Assembly (NCBI GenBank): GCA_963742895.1
Contig: CAVUNN010000006.1
Location: 9,389 to 73,388, forward strand
DNA from: Terriglobia bacterium
GTDB lineage: Bacteria > Acidobacteriota > Terriglobia > Terriglobales > Acidobacteriaceae
DNA: 64,000 nt
Direction of reading: 5' to 3'
A program made the translations under genes and the position numbers. Below are positions 18,090 to 27,025 of the stretch, in pieces (the stretch's first letter is position 1; each line of letters starts with the position of its first letter). The notes below the pieces were generated by a model. The model was not told where the DNA came from, ran no database searches, and worked only from the letters and a program-made list of their open reading frames with translations.

Positions 18090-20144
18090 ATGGCCCTAAG
18101 AGATTCAAATACCGGAACCATCCTGAGACAGTACTCCGTTGAAGAATTGATCGATGCGGCGAAGATGATGCGCGCCTACGACCTGGCAGCTCTCTGCGCT
18201 GCGGGATCGGGTCATGCTGGCGGCACGCTTTCGATTATGGACATTACGGCAGCTTTGTATCTGCGAGTAGCAGAACACGATCCCAAGAATCCGGCGTGGT
18301 CGAAGCGCGATCGCATTGTCTGGTCGACGGGGCACAAGGCGCCAAGTCTGTATATCGGATTGGCATTTGCGGGATTCTGTCCGATCGAAGACATGGTTCT
18401 GCTGCGCAAGCTGTCGTCCCCCTATCAAGGACATCCGCATTGGCTGAAGCTGCCGGGTGTGGAAGTTTCAACAGGATCATTGGGCCAGGGTCTGAGCATC
18501 TCTGTCGGCATGGCGCTTGCAGGACGGTTGAATGGCGAGATCCACAAGATCTTCTGCATCATGGGCGATGGCGAGCAGCAGGAAGGGCAGGTATGGGAAG
18601 CCGCGATGGAGGCTGGTCACTACAAGCTCGATAACCTGATCGCGATTGTCGATTGCAACCGGCTGCAGATCGACGGCAAGGTCAGCGACGTAATGAACGT
18701 GGAACCGCTGACGGAAAAGTACGCGAGCTTTGGCTGGGAAGTTCGGCATGTGGATGGTCACGACATGCAGGCGGTGGTCAATGCGCTGGAGAGCGCGCGC
18801 GACGCGCATGGCAAGCCGATTGTGATCCTGGCGGAGACAGTGAAGGGTAAGGGCATCAGCTTCATGGAAGATATCGCTGGCTGGCACGGGAAAGCGCCGA
18901 GCTATGACGAGACAGTAAAAGGACTCGCCGAGTTGGGCGTGAGCGATCGTGTGCCGCTATCGGATCTTCTAGAGAGAGCGAAGCGTTATCAGGTTGGAGT
19001 GGAGCGGAAGCTGAGCGCCAAGATGCCACGCTTCAACGCCGATTATTGGTGGAATTCGGCGAGCACGATGAAAGTCGAGATGAAGCCGACGCGCATGGGA
19101 TTCGGACAATCACTGGCAGAAAATGGTGGCGATGAGCGTGTGGTGTGTCTCGGGCTGGACATTTCGGGATCCATCACCATCAGCGAATTTTATGCGAAGA
19201 ATCCTGAACGGAAGAAGCGCTGGTTGAGTATGGGAATCGCCGAACAATCGGCAACGTCAGCCGCGGCGGGATTGGCGAAGGAAGGAAAGCTGCCGGTATT
19301 GGGAACCTACGCCACATTCGCGGCCGCGCGAAACCTCGATCAGATCCGGACATCGGTGTGTTACGGGAACTTCAATGTACTGATTGCCGGAGCGCATGGC
19401 GGCGTCTCAGTAGGTCCCGATGGCGCGACACACCAGGCGTTGGAAGATCTGTTCGCGATGTGCGGCTTGCCGAATATGTCAGTTGTGGTGCCGTGCGATT
19501 CGGTGGAGACGAAGAAGGCGACTGACTATCTGCTGCTGAAACACGTCGGACCAAAGTACATACGGTTTGCGCGGGAAGCTACGCCGATTGTCACGACGAA
19601 AGAGACTCCGTTCATCTTCGGCAAGGCAAATGTGATCCGGTTGCGCAAAGCGACAGAAAAATTCATCGATGCGTTCGAAACGAAACTGGCTTCCGAGTAC
19701 GCGAATGAGAACGAAGATCTGTCGATTGTTGCCTGTGGGCCGATGGTACCGGAGGCGATGCGGGCTGCCTGGATACTGAAGAAGGACTTCGGATACGAAA
19801 CCCGCGTGATCAACATGCACACGATGAAACCGATCGATGCAGAGGCGATTATTTGCGCTGCAAAAGACACCGGCGTGGTCGTGACGGCGGAAGAACATCA
19901 GACCGGTGCGCTGGCGTGGCGTGTGAGCGCCGTGATTACTGAGGATGGGCGTGTGTACGGTCTGCCGGTGATCACAGGAGCGATTGGAGTCAAGGATCGG
20001 TTCGGCGATTCGGGCGCGCCGTGGGAGTTGATCAAGGAATTTGAAGTCAGCGCGGAACACATCGCACATAAAGCGATTGAGCTGATGGGGATCAAGAAAG
20101 CCCGGCGTGAAAAAGAAGAGAACGCGCTGGCGGCGGCGCGATAA
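18090..20144 (+). CDS. Transketolase (TPP-dependent; N- and C-terminal modules in one polypeptide)
   Basis: 684 aa. It has GSGHAGGTLS, GHKAPSLY, the TPP motif GDGEQQEGQVWEA, the pyrimidine-binding region MGIAEQSATSAAAGLA and a C-terminal domain. Confidence 0.9.
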   Translation: MALRDSNTGTILRQYSVEELIDAAKMMRAYDLAALCAAGSGHAGGTLSIMDITAALYLRVAEHDPKNPAWSKRDRIVWSTGHKAPSLYIGLAFAGFCPIEDMVLLRKLSSPYQGHPHWLKLPGVEVSTGSLGQGLSISVGMALAGRLNGEIHKIFCIMGDGEQQEGQVWEAAMEAGHYKLDNLIAIVDCNRLQIDGKVSDVMNVEPLTEKYASFGWEVRHVDGHDMQAVVNALESARDAHGKPIVILAETVKGKGISFMEDIAGWHGKAPSYDETVKGLAELGVSDRVPLSDLLERAKRYQVGVERKLSAKMPRFNADYWWNSASTMKVEMKPTRMGFGQSLAENGGDERVVCLGLDISGSITISEFYAKNPERKKRWLSMGIAEQSATSAAAGLAKEGKLPVLGTYATFAAARNLDQIRTSVCYGNFNVLIAGAHGGVSVGPDGATHQALEDLFAMCGLPNMSVVVPCDSVETKKATDYLLLKHVGPKYIRFAREATPIVTTKETPFIFGKANVIRLRKATEKFIDAFETKLASEYANENEDLSIVACGPMVPEAMRAAWILKKDFGYETRVINMHTMKPIDAEAIICAAKDTGVVVTAEEHQTGALAWRVSAVITEDGRVYGLPVITGAIGVKDRFGDSGAPWELIKEFEVSAEHIAHKAIELMGIKKARREKEENALAAAR

Positions 20145-20298
20145 GAGCCGGCGAGGGCGAATACGAGATTGGCCCGTCTCGCCAGTAAGCATTTTCCTGG
20201 AGTAAGATGAACGCGGTTCGCCGCACGTGGGGTGCGAGTCCGCATTCTTCCGCAATTCGTTCTGCGCGCGAGTGGGGCGAGAAATCCTTCCAGAGAAA

Positions 20299-21414
20299 AT
20301 GATGACCAGAAAGTTCCGCGTATTTGCTACCTGTGATATTGGGCAAGATGCTCTTGATGTGCTTCGTCAACGGGGATATGAGGTCGAGGTCTATCCCAAG
20401 CCAGAGGCGCCTCCGAAGCAACTCATCGTTGAGAAGGTGCGGTCGGGCATTGACGGGCTGATCACCACTTTGCGCGATTCGATCGATGCGGAAGTCTTCG
20501 AGGCGGGTAACGGCACGCTGAAGGTGGTCGCTCAGGACGCAGTCGGGTTCGACAACATCAATCGCGCAGATGCGAACAAGTACGGGATCCCATTTACGCA
20601 TACGGCGGACGTGCTGACGGAGGCGACCGCGGAGTTCGCGTTCCTGATTATGGGCGCAGTTGCGAGACGACTGTGGCCCAGCGAGCTACTGGTGCGCGAG
20701 CACGACTGGAGTTACTGGCATCCATATCTGCCGTTTCTCGGCGATGAGATTACTGGGAAGACGATTGCGATCATCGGCACCGGAAGAATTGGACTGGCGA
20801 TGATCAAAAAATGCACGGGATTTGATATGAATATCCTGTGCTACGACCCGGCGTATCAGAACCAGGAATATGTGCGCGCGACGCAGAAGGTGATGGATGT
20901 GCGCCATGCGAGCGGTATCCAGCGAGAGAAAACGTGGATCAAGTATGTGAACTTCGAGGATGCGTTGCGAGAGGCGGATTACGTGAGCGTACACGTGCCG
21001 CTGATCCGCGAAGGTGAGAGCCAGACTCCCACCTATCATTTGTTCAATGAGCGGACGCTGCGGATGATGAAGCCGACCGCGTACCTGGTGAATACATCCA
21101 GAGGACCGGTGATCGATGAGACGGCACTGGTGAAAGCGGTCCGTAAAAAGTGGATTGCGGGCGCGGCACTGGATGTTTTCGAAAAAGAGCCACTCCCGAC
21201 AACATCGCCGCTGCTGGATACAGATATTGCAAATCGCGTGCGATTGTTTTCGCACTTCGCGAGCGCTGGACGAATCACGAGGCTCTCGACCGATCCGAAC
21301 AAGGGAATGGCGGGACGTTGCGTGCAGGGATTGATTGACGTGCTGGAAGGGAATTACGGCGGCGATCCGAACAAGATGCCGTACGTGGTGAACAAGGAAG
21401 CGTTCAAGAGCTAA
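20299..21414 (+). CDS. D-isomer-specific 2-hydroxyacid dehydrogenase (glyoxylate/hydroxypyruvate reductase-like)
   Basis: ORF 20227..21414, with a likely start at MMTRKFRVF. It has the NAD fold GKTIAIIGTGRIG and the catalytic region VHVPL...NTSRGPVIDE..L...AALDVFE.EP. Confidence 0.85.
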   Translation: MMTRKFRVFATCDIGQDALDVLRQRGYEVEVYPKPEAPPKQLIVEKVRSGIDGLITTLRDSIDAEVFEAGNGTLKVVAQDAVGFDNINRADANKYGIPFTHTADVLTEATAEFAFLIMGAVARRLWPSELLVREHDWSYWHPYLPFLGDEITGKTIAIIGTGRIGLAMIKKCTGFDMNILCYDPAYQNQEYVRATQKVMDVRHASGIQREKTWIKYVNFEDALREADYVSVHVPLIREGESQTPTYHLFNERTLRMMKPTAYLVNTSRGPVIDETALVKAVRKKWIAGAALDVFEKEPLPTTSPLLDTDIANRVRLFSHFASAGRITRLSTDPNKGMAGRCVQGLIDVLEGNYGGDPNKMPYVVNKEAFKS

Positions 21415-21465
21415 CCTGCCCGGGTGGATTCGATCCGAACAGGCCGTGACAAGTCTTAACGAAGA

Positions 21466-23223
21466 CTAGCGATAGGTCGAAACGCGTGCAGGTTCGCCCA
21501 CAGGAGGGCGATTCCGGTACTTCCGGCTGTTGACGATACCTTTGCCTTCCTCGACGGTAATCGTCTGGCCTGCATCCACATTCGATAGCCGGTCCACCTG
21601 CCCACTTGGCCAGGTTATTTCCATCGAGTTCACTTTGGTCGCGTTTCCAAGCCCAAACGTGAGCACGAGTTCGCTCTGCGAAAGATAACCGCCGCTGTGA
21701 AGCATCTGCCACTGCTTCTCATTTCCGGCGGTGATGCGAACCACGGTCCCAATGCCGTCGCGATTCGACTTCGTACCGACAAGCTTCACGCGAAGGCTTT
21801 CATTCGTTCCACCATCATTGCGGAAGAGCACCGCAGGGCCGTTGTTCGTCATCAGCAGCAGGTCGAGATATCCATCGTTATTGATGTCCGCCACGGCGGC
21901 GCCGCGTGCCACGCGCGGAGTATCGAAGGCCGCTCCCATTTGCGCGTTCACTTCCTTAAATCCGTGTCCGTCAAGATTGCGAAACAGGTGCGGCGGCTGC
22001 CGATACTTGATACGCTTTTGGATCTTCTCGATGTCGTCTTCGATATGACCATTGGCGACGAAAATGTCAGGCCAGCCGTCGTTGTCGTAATCGAAGAAGA
22101 AGCAGCTGAAGCCGAGCGTGAGCAGGCTGTCGCGTCCAACTTCGGACCGCGGAGCTTCGTCCACAAACAGTCCTTTGCCTTCGTTGTGGTAGAGCGACAT
22201 CATCTGGTTAGAGAAATTGCTGATCACCACGCTGGGACGTCCCGAGCGGTCATAGTCAGCAGCGTCGATGCCCATGCCGGCGCGCGCCACTCCGTCTTCG
22301 CTATAGGCGATTCCTGCCTGCACGCCCTTTTCGGTGAACGTACCGTTGCCGTTGTTCACGTAGAGCTTGTTCGGCTGGGTATCATTGGCCATCAGCAGGT
22401 CGGGCCAGCCGTCCCCGTTGTAATCGACCAGCGCGATCCCCAAGGTCTTGGAAGTCGGATCGTAGAGCTTCGACTTTGCGGTAGCATCTTCAAAGCGGCC
22501 ATTTCCGAGGTTGTGCCAGAGCCGGACCGACAAACCTTTATAAGACTCCGGCGTACAGTACGATTTGTGGGTTCCATCCAGCGTGCAGGTCAGATCGCCT
22601 TCGACCGACCACTGGACATAATTGCCGACCACCAGGTCCAGCTTGCCGTCACGATCGTAGTCAAAGAATGCCGCGGACGTGCTGAACTCATTCGGCCCCC
22701 ACAACCCGGCCTGCTTCGTCCCATCCGTGAACGTCCCGTTATGATTGTTGTGAAACAGGTGATTCTGCCCGAGCGCAGTGATGAACAGGTCATCGTATCC
22801 GTCGTTATCGTAGTCGCCGACAGTTACTCCGAGGCCGTACAGGTTGATCGCGAGTCCAGCCTTTGCGGTTACGTCCGTGAATGTTCCGTTGCCATTGTTG
22901 TGATACAGCTTCGGCGTGGTCTTTCCCGCTTTCGGATGACCAGGCCAATCCCCGCCGTTCACCATGATGATGTCGGGATAACCGTCGTTGTCGTAGTCGA
23001 TGAACGCGCAGCCCGGCCCTAGTGTCTCCGGCAGATACTTCTTCCCAAACGCGCCGTTGTTGTGGGTAAAGCGAATGCCCGCCTGCTGGGTGATATCGGT
23101 GAAGTGCATGCCGCCAGGCTGCTGCGCCCGCGCGGAGCTCGCGCCAAGCAGAACCACCAGAGTTGCCAGGATTGATGAAAATCTTATTTGCATTCGTTTT
23201 GACGTGAAACCTGAAATGCGCAA
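21466..23223 (-). CDS. CRTAC1-family secreted protein (FG-GAP/VCBS repeats + ASPIC/UnbV C-terminal domain)
   Basis: 585 aa with a signal peptide (ATLVVLLGASSARAQQ). It has repeated DYDNDGYPD/DYNGDGWPDLL/DINNDGYLDLL FG-GAP motifs, and its C-terminal NRDGIGTVVRI...GGYLSQSE matches UnbV_ASPIC. Confidence 0.8.
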   Translation of the reverse strand: MRISGFTSKRMQIRFSSILATLVVLLGASSARAQQPGGMHFTDITQQAGIRFTHNNGAFGKKYLPETLGPGCAFIDYDNDGYPDIIMVNGGDWPGHPKAGKTTPKLYHNNGNGTFTDVTAKAGLAINLYGLGVTVGDYDNDGYDDLFITALGQNHLFHNNHNGTFTDGTKQAGLWGPNEFSTSAAFFDYDRDGKLDLVVGNYVQWSVEGDLTCTLDGTHKSYCTPESYKGLSVRLWHNLGNGRFEDATAKSKLYDPTSKTLGIALVDYNGDGWPDLLMANDTQPNKLYVNNGNGTFTEKGVQAGIAYSEDGVARAGMGIDAADYDRSGRPSVVISNFSNQMMSLYHNEGKGLFVDEAPRSEVGRDSLLTLGFSCFFFDYDNDGWPDIFVANGHIEDDIEKIQKRIKYRQPPHLFRNLDGHGFKEVNAQMGAAFDTPRVARGAAVADINNDGYLDLLLMTNNGPAVLFRNDGGTNESLRVKLVGTKSNRDGIGTVVRITAGNEKQWQMLHSGGYLSQSELVLTFGLGNATKVNSMEITWPSGQVDRLSNVDAGQTITVEEGKGIVNSRKYRNRPPVGEPARVSTYR

Positions 23224-23233
23224 CGTGAAACGC

Positions 23234-25576
23234 CTATTGCTCTCCTGCTACGGCTGGTGCCACCTTCGGTGCATGGGATCGTGAAGCCTGCTCCCTGGTC
23301 GGTAGCGGTTTCGTCCGTTCGGGACCAAGCGGCGCCGAGAGATGCTCGTGTACTGCCTGTCGCTCCAGGTTGTCCTCCGGATGTTTCAGCCGGTACGCAC
23401 CCGTGATTGCCTGCGAGGCTTCATCGGCTTTGAAACGCATATACAGAGTCCGGTGAAGCTGCGAATTCGCTTCGTCGCCCAACCCCTGGTAGCAAAGCAT
23501 CAGGTTGTAATGTGCCTGCAGGTCCTCAGGATCGACGCCCAGCGTCGCCTGAAATTCCTTGATGGCGTCCGCGTACTTGTGTTGCAGGAAGAGCGTGCGT
23601 CCCAAGTCGTTGCGAACCACGCGGTCGCGCGGATACTGATCCAGCACCAGGCGCAGCCGCTTCGCAGCGTCGTCGTAGTTGCCATCGTTGCGAAGAACGC
23701 GCGCGTAGAAATAATTTGCGCGCGCCAGTTTCGGTTGCAGTACGAGCGCCTTCTCCAGTACACCCCGGGCCCGCTCCATGTCGCCTTCCTGCACAGCCAC
23801 GCGCCCAAGATTCACCCAGCCATCGACGTTGTTTGGATCGATCTCGGTGATCTTTTCGAATGCTGCACGCGCGCCCTTCAGATCTCCCTGCAAGAAGAGT
23901 CCTATCCCGTAGTCATTCCAGCGAGTCCAGTCGTCGCCTTTCAGATCGATTTTCGGCTGCGGCGCTGGAGTGCCCTTCGGCGCCACTTGCACAGCTACTT
24001 CGTTTTCGGAGATCGTCATGATCGGCAGATCGGGAATCTGTTTCAGCGTCGCCGAGACATCGCCGAGCGGCTTTTTGAATTCCATAATCCTGTCGTCATA
24101 GCCTGGATCGTAGCTGGCCAGCTTTTGCTGAGGTGCGAACTCGCCCGCGAACGAGAATTGCGTGTTGTACCACGAGAACTTGCGGTACAGCAGGCGCGAG
24201 GTCAGGGTGATCTTCGATCCCGCATCGTTGGGAATGTGCAAGCGGTAGTGAACAGTATCGGCGGCTCCAGGCGGGATGAGTCGCACATAGACCACGGCGC
24301 GCGTTGCCCATGCATTGCGCTTGTTGATCGGATTGCCGTGCGCATCAATCTGCAGCGATTTGTAGAAATGCGCGCTCGGATCGACAGGTCCATTGCCGTC
24401 GTCCTCGACTTTGCCACTCCAGAAAAGCACTTTGCCCTTATCGTCGACGGCCTTCAATTCGACCCATGTGTCGAAGGCGTCCACGGTTCCGCCGGGAAAG
24501 AAGTGGCCGACCTTGCGGGTGCGAACCACGACATCCACACGCACATCGTCGCCGCGGCGGACCACGGCATTCACGCGATTCAGCGGCGCCGTAACCGGGC
24601 TTGCGGCTACATCGACCGCCTCTGGGCCGGCGCCGGACTCTTCGCCCACCGCGAACGTCGTAGACATGTCGGACTGCGACCCACCATCACCAGCGGTCTG
24701 CGGGCGGGCCGGTGAGAGGGCAAAAATGTCCACGGTCACGGCATTCTTGATGAAGTTTTCTGCTGCCTGCAACTGCTTGGTATCGCCATAGGAGAACGGA
24801 ACCGCGGTATTCGCCGCCGCGAAATTGTGCGAGTGCACGAAACCATTTACGTTTCCGAAATCGTGCGAAGGTGACAGCGGCATATGGCAGTCCGCGCACT
24901 GCTGCGGTTTCGGAGGATAGTAGAAGGAACGTGCGCCCTGCCCCGACACGCCGCTCGCCTGCCAGTTATCGTATTCGTTAAAGCCGCGAATCCAGCGATA
25001 GGAATTCACCGGTGCATCCAGGTGGACTTTATGGCAGCTGGAGCAGAACTCTGCCGTCTGTTCCTTCATGAATGGCTTCAGGAATACGCGGCGATGTGGT
25101 TCGGGATTCAGCTTGATGCTGAAGTCGTGCAGGAATCGAATCACCGGATTTGTGCTGGCGGCCAATTGGTGTAACTCAGGATATTCCAGGTAAAAATCCG
25201 CCTGCCCCATCGTGCTTTTTACCCTGGCAATCGAATGGCACATCATGCAGCCCAGACCCGCTTGCGCTGGAGCGGAGTGGATATTCATGTCCTTGATCGG
25301 AGTGTCGAAGAGTCCGCTGTATGCCAAGGCTGGATCGTGACAACCGGCGCACCATTTCGAAGGTTTTACGCCAATCGTATCCTGCATGTACTCGATACTC
25401 TTGCGATACCACTGATTGTTGAAGGAAGAGAAGTGGTGCATCGAGCTATTCCACTGGTTGTAGATATCCTGATGACAACGCTTGCAGGCATCGGACTCCG
25501 TGAAGTAGTTGGGAGGAATGCGTCCTTTGTGTAGCGTCTGCGCTGAACTAGGGAAAGAACGGTCCTTTTGCGCCAT
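23234..25576 (-). CDS. Multiheme c-type cytochrome (5 CxxCH) fused to a C-terminal TPR domain
   Basis: 780 aa. It has CKRCH, CAGCH, CMMCH, CSSCH and CADCH in the first 260 aa and TPR repeats in the last 230 aa (NVDGWVNLGRVAVQEGDMERARGVLEKAL...). No obvious signal peptide at the annotated Met. Confidence 0.8.
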   Translation of the reverse strand: MAQKDRSFPSSAQTLHKGRIPPNYFTESDACKRCHQDIYNQWNSSMHHFSSFNNQWYRKSIEYMQDTIGVKPSKWCAGCHDPALAYSGLFDTPIKDMNIHSAPAQAGLGCMMCHSIARVKSTMGQADFYLEYPELHQLAASTNPVIRFLHDFSIKLNPEPHRRVFLKPFMKEQTAEFCSSCHKVHLDAPVNSYRWIRGFNEYDNWQASGVSGQGARSFYYPPKPQQCADCHMPLSPSHDFGNVNGFVHSHNFAAANTAVPFSYGDTKQLQAAENFIKNAVTVDIFALSPARPQTAGDGGSQSDMSTTFAVGEESGAGPEAVDVAASPVTAPLNRVNAVVRRGDDVRVDVVVRTRKVGHFFPGGTVDAFDTWVELKAVDDKGKVLFWSGKVEDDGNGPVDPSAHFYKSLQIDAHGNPINKRNAWATRAVVYVRLIPPGAADTVHYRLHIPNDAGSKITLTSRLLYRKFSWYNTQFSFAGEFAPQQKLASYDPGYDDRIMEFKKPLGDVSATLKQIPDLPIMTISENEVAVQVAPKGTPAPQPKIDLKGDDWTRWNDYGIGLFLQGDLKGARAAFEKITEIDPNNVDGWVNLGRVAVQEGDMERARGVLEKALVLQPKLARANYFYARVLRNDGNYDDAAKRLRLVLDQYPRDRVVRNDLGRTLFLQHKYADAIKEFQATLGVDPEDLQAHYNLMLCYQGLGDEANSQLHRTLYMRFKADEASQAITGAYRLKHPEDNLERQAVHEHLSAPLGPERTKPLPTREQASRSHAPKVAPAVAGEQ

Positions 25577-25645
25577 CGCCTTCGAGATTCATGGAAACCG
25601 GAGGCTCGTTAGGATTTTGAATGCGACTGCGCGACTCCCAACGAT

Positions 25646-26125
25646 TCACGCGTAGATATTGACATCCAGCTGCGACGACAGCCCAACGATCGCCAGCCCA
25701 ACTACTCGGAACGCTAGCGCCGCCGAGCCGCCGGCTTTCTGCCGCGACTGTAACCACAACGCCAGCAGCAGAACGCCGCCTGCCAGCGAAGCGAAAATAT
25801 GGATGTGCAACAGTCGTAATTCCGGACGCGAGGTGCCCAAATAGATCAGTGCCGCACCAATGACCGCGCCAATCCCAAGTACTAGCCACGCGCTTGCCGT
25901 CAGCCAGTTGCGGGACTTAATGCTCCGAAACACTTGCCAAAAAATTCCGACCGTAGCCAGCAGGCCTAATCCGGCGTGCGCCAGAACCACGGCTGGGTAG
26001 ACAAGATTTGCCTGCGGAAATGCATAGAGATAAATGGCGGAAACGAACAGGAATATGAGGACGGCAGGTCCCAATTTTGCGCGCAGGCTAATGCGTTTCT
26101 CCACCTTCGACTCCCATCGAGTCAC
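25646..26125 (-). CDS. Hypothetical 4-TM membrane protein, first gene of the cytochrome/CRTAC1 operon
   Basis: 159-aa ORF with four hydrophobic helices. It is in the same reading frame as the cytochrome ORF downstream, separated from it by stop codon(s). Confidence 0.5.
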   Translation of the reverse strand: MTRWESKVEKRISLRAKLGPAVLIFLFVSAIYLYAFPQANLVYPAVVLAHAGLGLLATVGIFWQVFRSIKSRNWLTASAWLVLGIGAVIGAALIYLGTSRPELRLLHIHIFASLAGGVLLLALWLQSRQKAGGSAALAFRVVGLAIVGLSSQLDVNIYA

Positions 26126-26377
26126 AATCTGCGGGACGTACGAATTCGAAACAAGAAGAGCTGATTAGGCGATGCGAGCGAGAGTTCCCCACCATCACTC
26201 TCTTCAGGAGTAGCTAGTTTCTTGCAGGGACTTACGTGGGAACAATAATAAGAAAATACTAGCGATCCAACGGCGGGCATGGTGTCGAAAGACTTGGCAA
26301 GATGAAGAAGCGCCCTCGATGGAACTGAAGACTTTTGCAACAGTTAAAGTAGAATGGTCTCGAGTTCCTGCCGAGAT

Positions 26378-26454
26378 GGCCCTGTAGCTCAGATGGATAG
26401 AGCAGCGGTTTCCTAAACCGGAGGTCGAGTGTTCGAGTCACTCCAGGGCCACCA
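26378..26454 (+). tRNA. tRNA-Arg (anticodon CCT), CCA encoded
   Basis: GGCCCTGTAGCTCAGATGGATAGAGCAGCGGTTTCCTAAACCGGAGGTCGAGTGTTCGAGTCACTCCAGGGCCACCA. It has a 7-bp acceptor stem, a TTCCTAA anticodon loop and a TTCGAGT T-loop. One 27-43 mismatch by my reading. Confidence 0.85.
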
Positions 26455-26639
26455 CTGATCCAGCAAAACAGCCGCGAGCTGATTGGCAGGTATCCCTAGA
26501 GAATATGTATCCTTTCTATCTATCTTAAAAACAATGGTTTAGATAGTATCGCTCCGACTAATATAAAAAATCTTAAAAGATTAGTTACTATTTCCCAAGA
26601 TCTGCGTCTACAGTAAAGGAACCAATAAGGAGAGCAGCT

Positions 26640-27014
26640 TTGCCGCCGAAAACATCCGCAACCCTGACCGAAGCCGAGTTGCGATTGATGAATGTGTTGT
26701 GGGAGAAGGAGTCGGCCACAGTGCAGCAGGTGCTGGATGCGCTGGAGGAGAATCCGCCGCTGGCCTACAACTCAGTTCTGACGACCATACGCATACTCGA
26801 GCGAAAAGGTTACGTGAAGCACGTGAAGGATGGGCGCGCACACGTGTATGAGCCGGTGATCGGCAAAGAAGAAGCGTCGCGGTCCGAAGTGAAGCACCTG
26901 GTCAACCGCTTCTTTAAGGATTCGCACGAACTGCTGGTACTGAACCTGATTGAAGACGACAGTATCGATAACGAAGAGTTGAAGCGGATCCGCGAGCTAC
27001 TGAAGAGCCGGTAA
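26640..27014 (+). CDS. BlaI/MecI/CopY-family transcriptional repressor
   Basis: 124 aa. It has LTEAELRLMNVLWE...YNSVLTTIRILERKGYVKH (winged helix of the Penicillinase_R family) and a C-terminal dimerisation helix. Confidence 0.85.
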   Translation: MPPKTSATLTEAELRLMNVLWEKESATVQQVLDALEENPPLAYNSVLTTIRILERKGYVKHVKDGRAHVYEPVIGKEEASRSEVKHLVNRFFKDSHELLVLNLIEDDSIDNEELKRIRELLKSR

Positions 27015-27025
27015 TTGAAAGACGG

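Noticed and set aside
21697-24715. Very long plus-strand ORFs (441 aa at 21697..23022; 457 aa at 23342..24715) antisense to the CRTAC1 and cytochrome genes.
   Set aside because: They are shadow ORFs typical of GC-rich coding DNA. Their translations are Arg/His/Val-rich with no domain signatures, whereas the minus-strand products have clear family motifs. The same applies to 9133..10008, 10054..10785, 29331..30344, 30534..31133, 39623..40225, 40976..41599, 41827..42438 and 51142..51900.
25577-25648. TGA read-through or selenocysteine joining the 4-TM ORF to the multiheme cytochrome, which is in the same frame.
   Set aside because: By my reading a second in-frame TGA follows 19 codons later. 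I saw no SECIS-like hairpin. TGA is used as an ordinary stop by many genes in this window.
26455-26640. AT-rich DNA after tRNA-Arg(CCT) as the edge of an integrated genomic island.
   Set aside because: No integrase, no direct repeat of the tRNA 3-prime end, and no mobile-element genes were seen downstream. The following genes (blaI/blaR1/htrA) look like ordinary chromosomal content.
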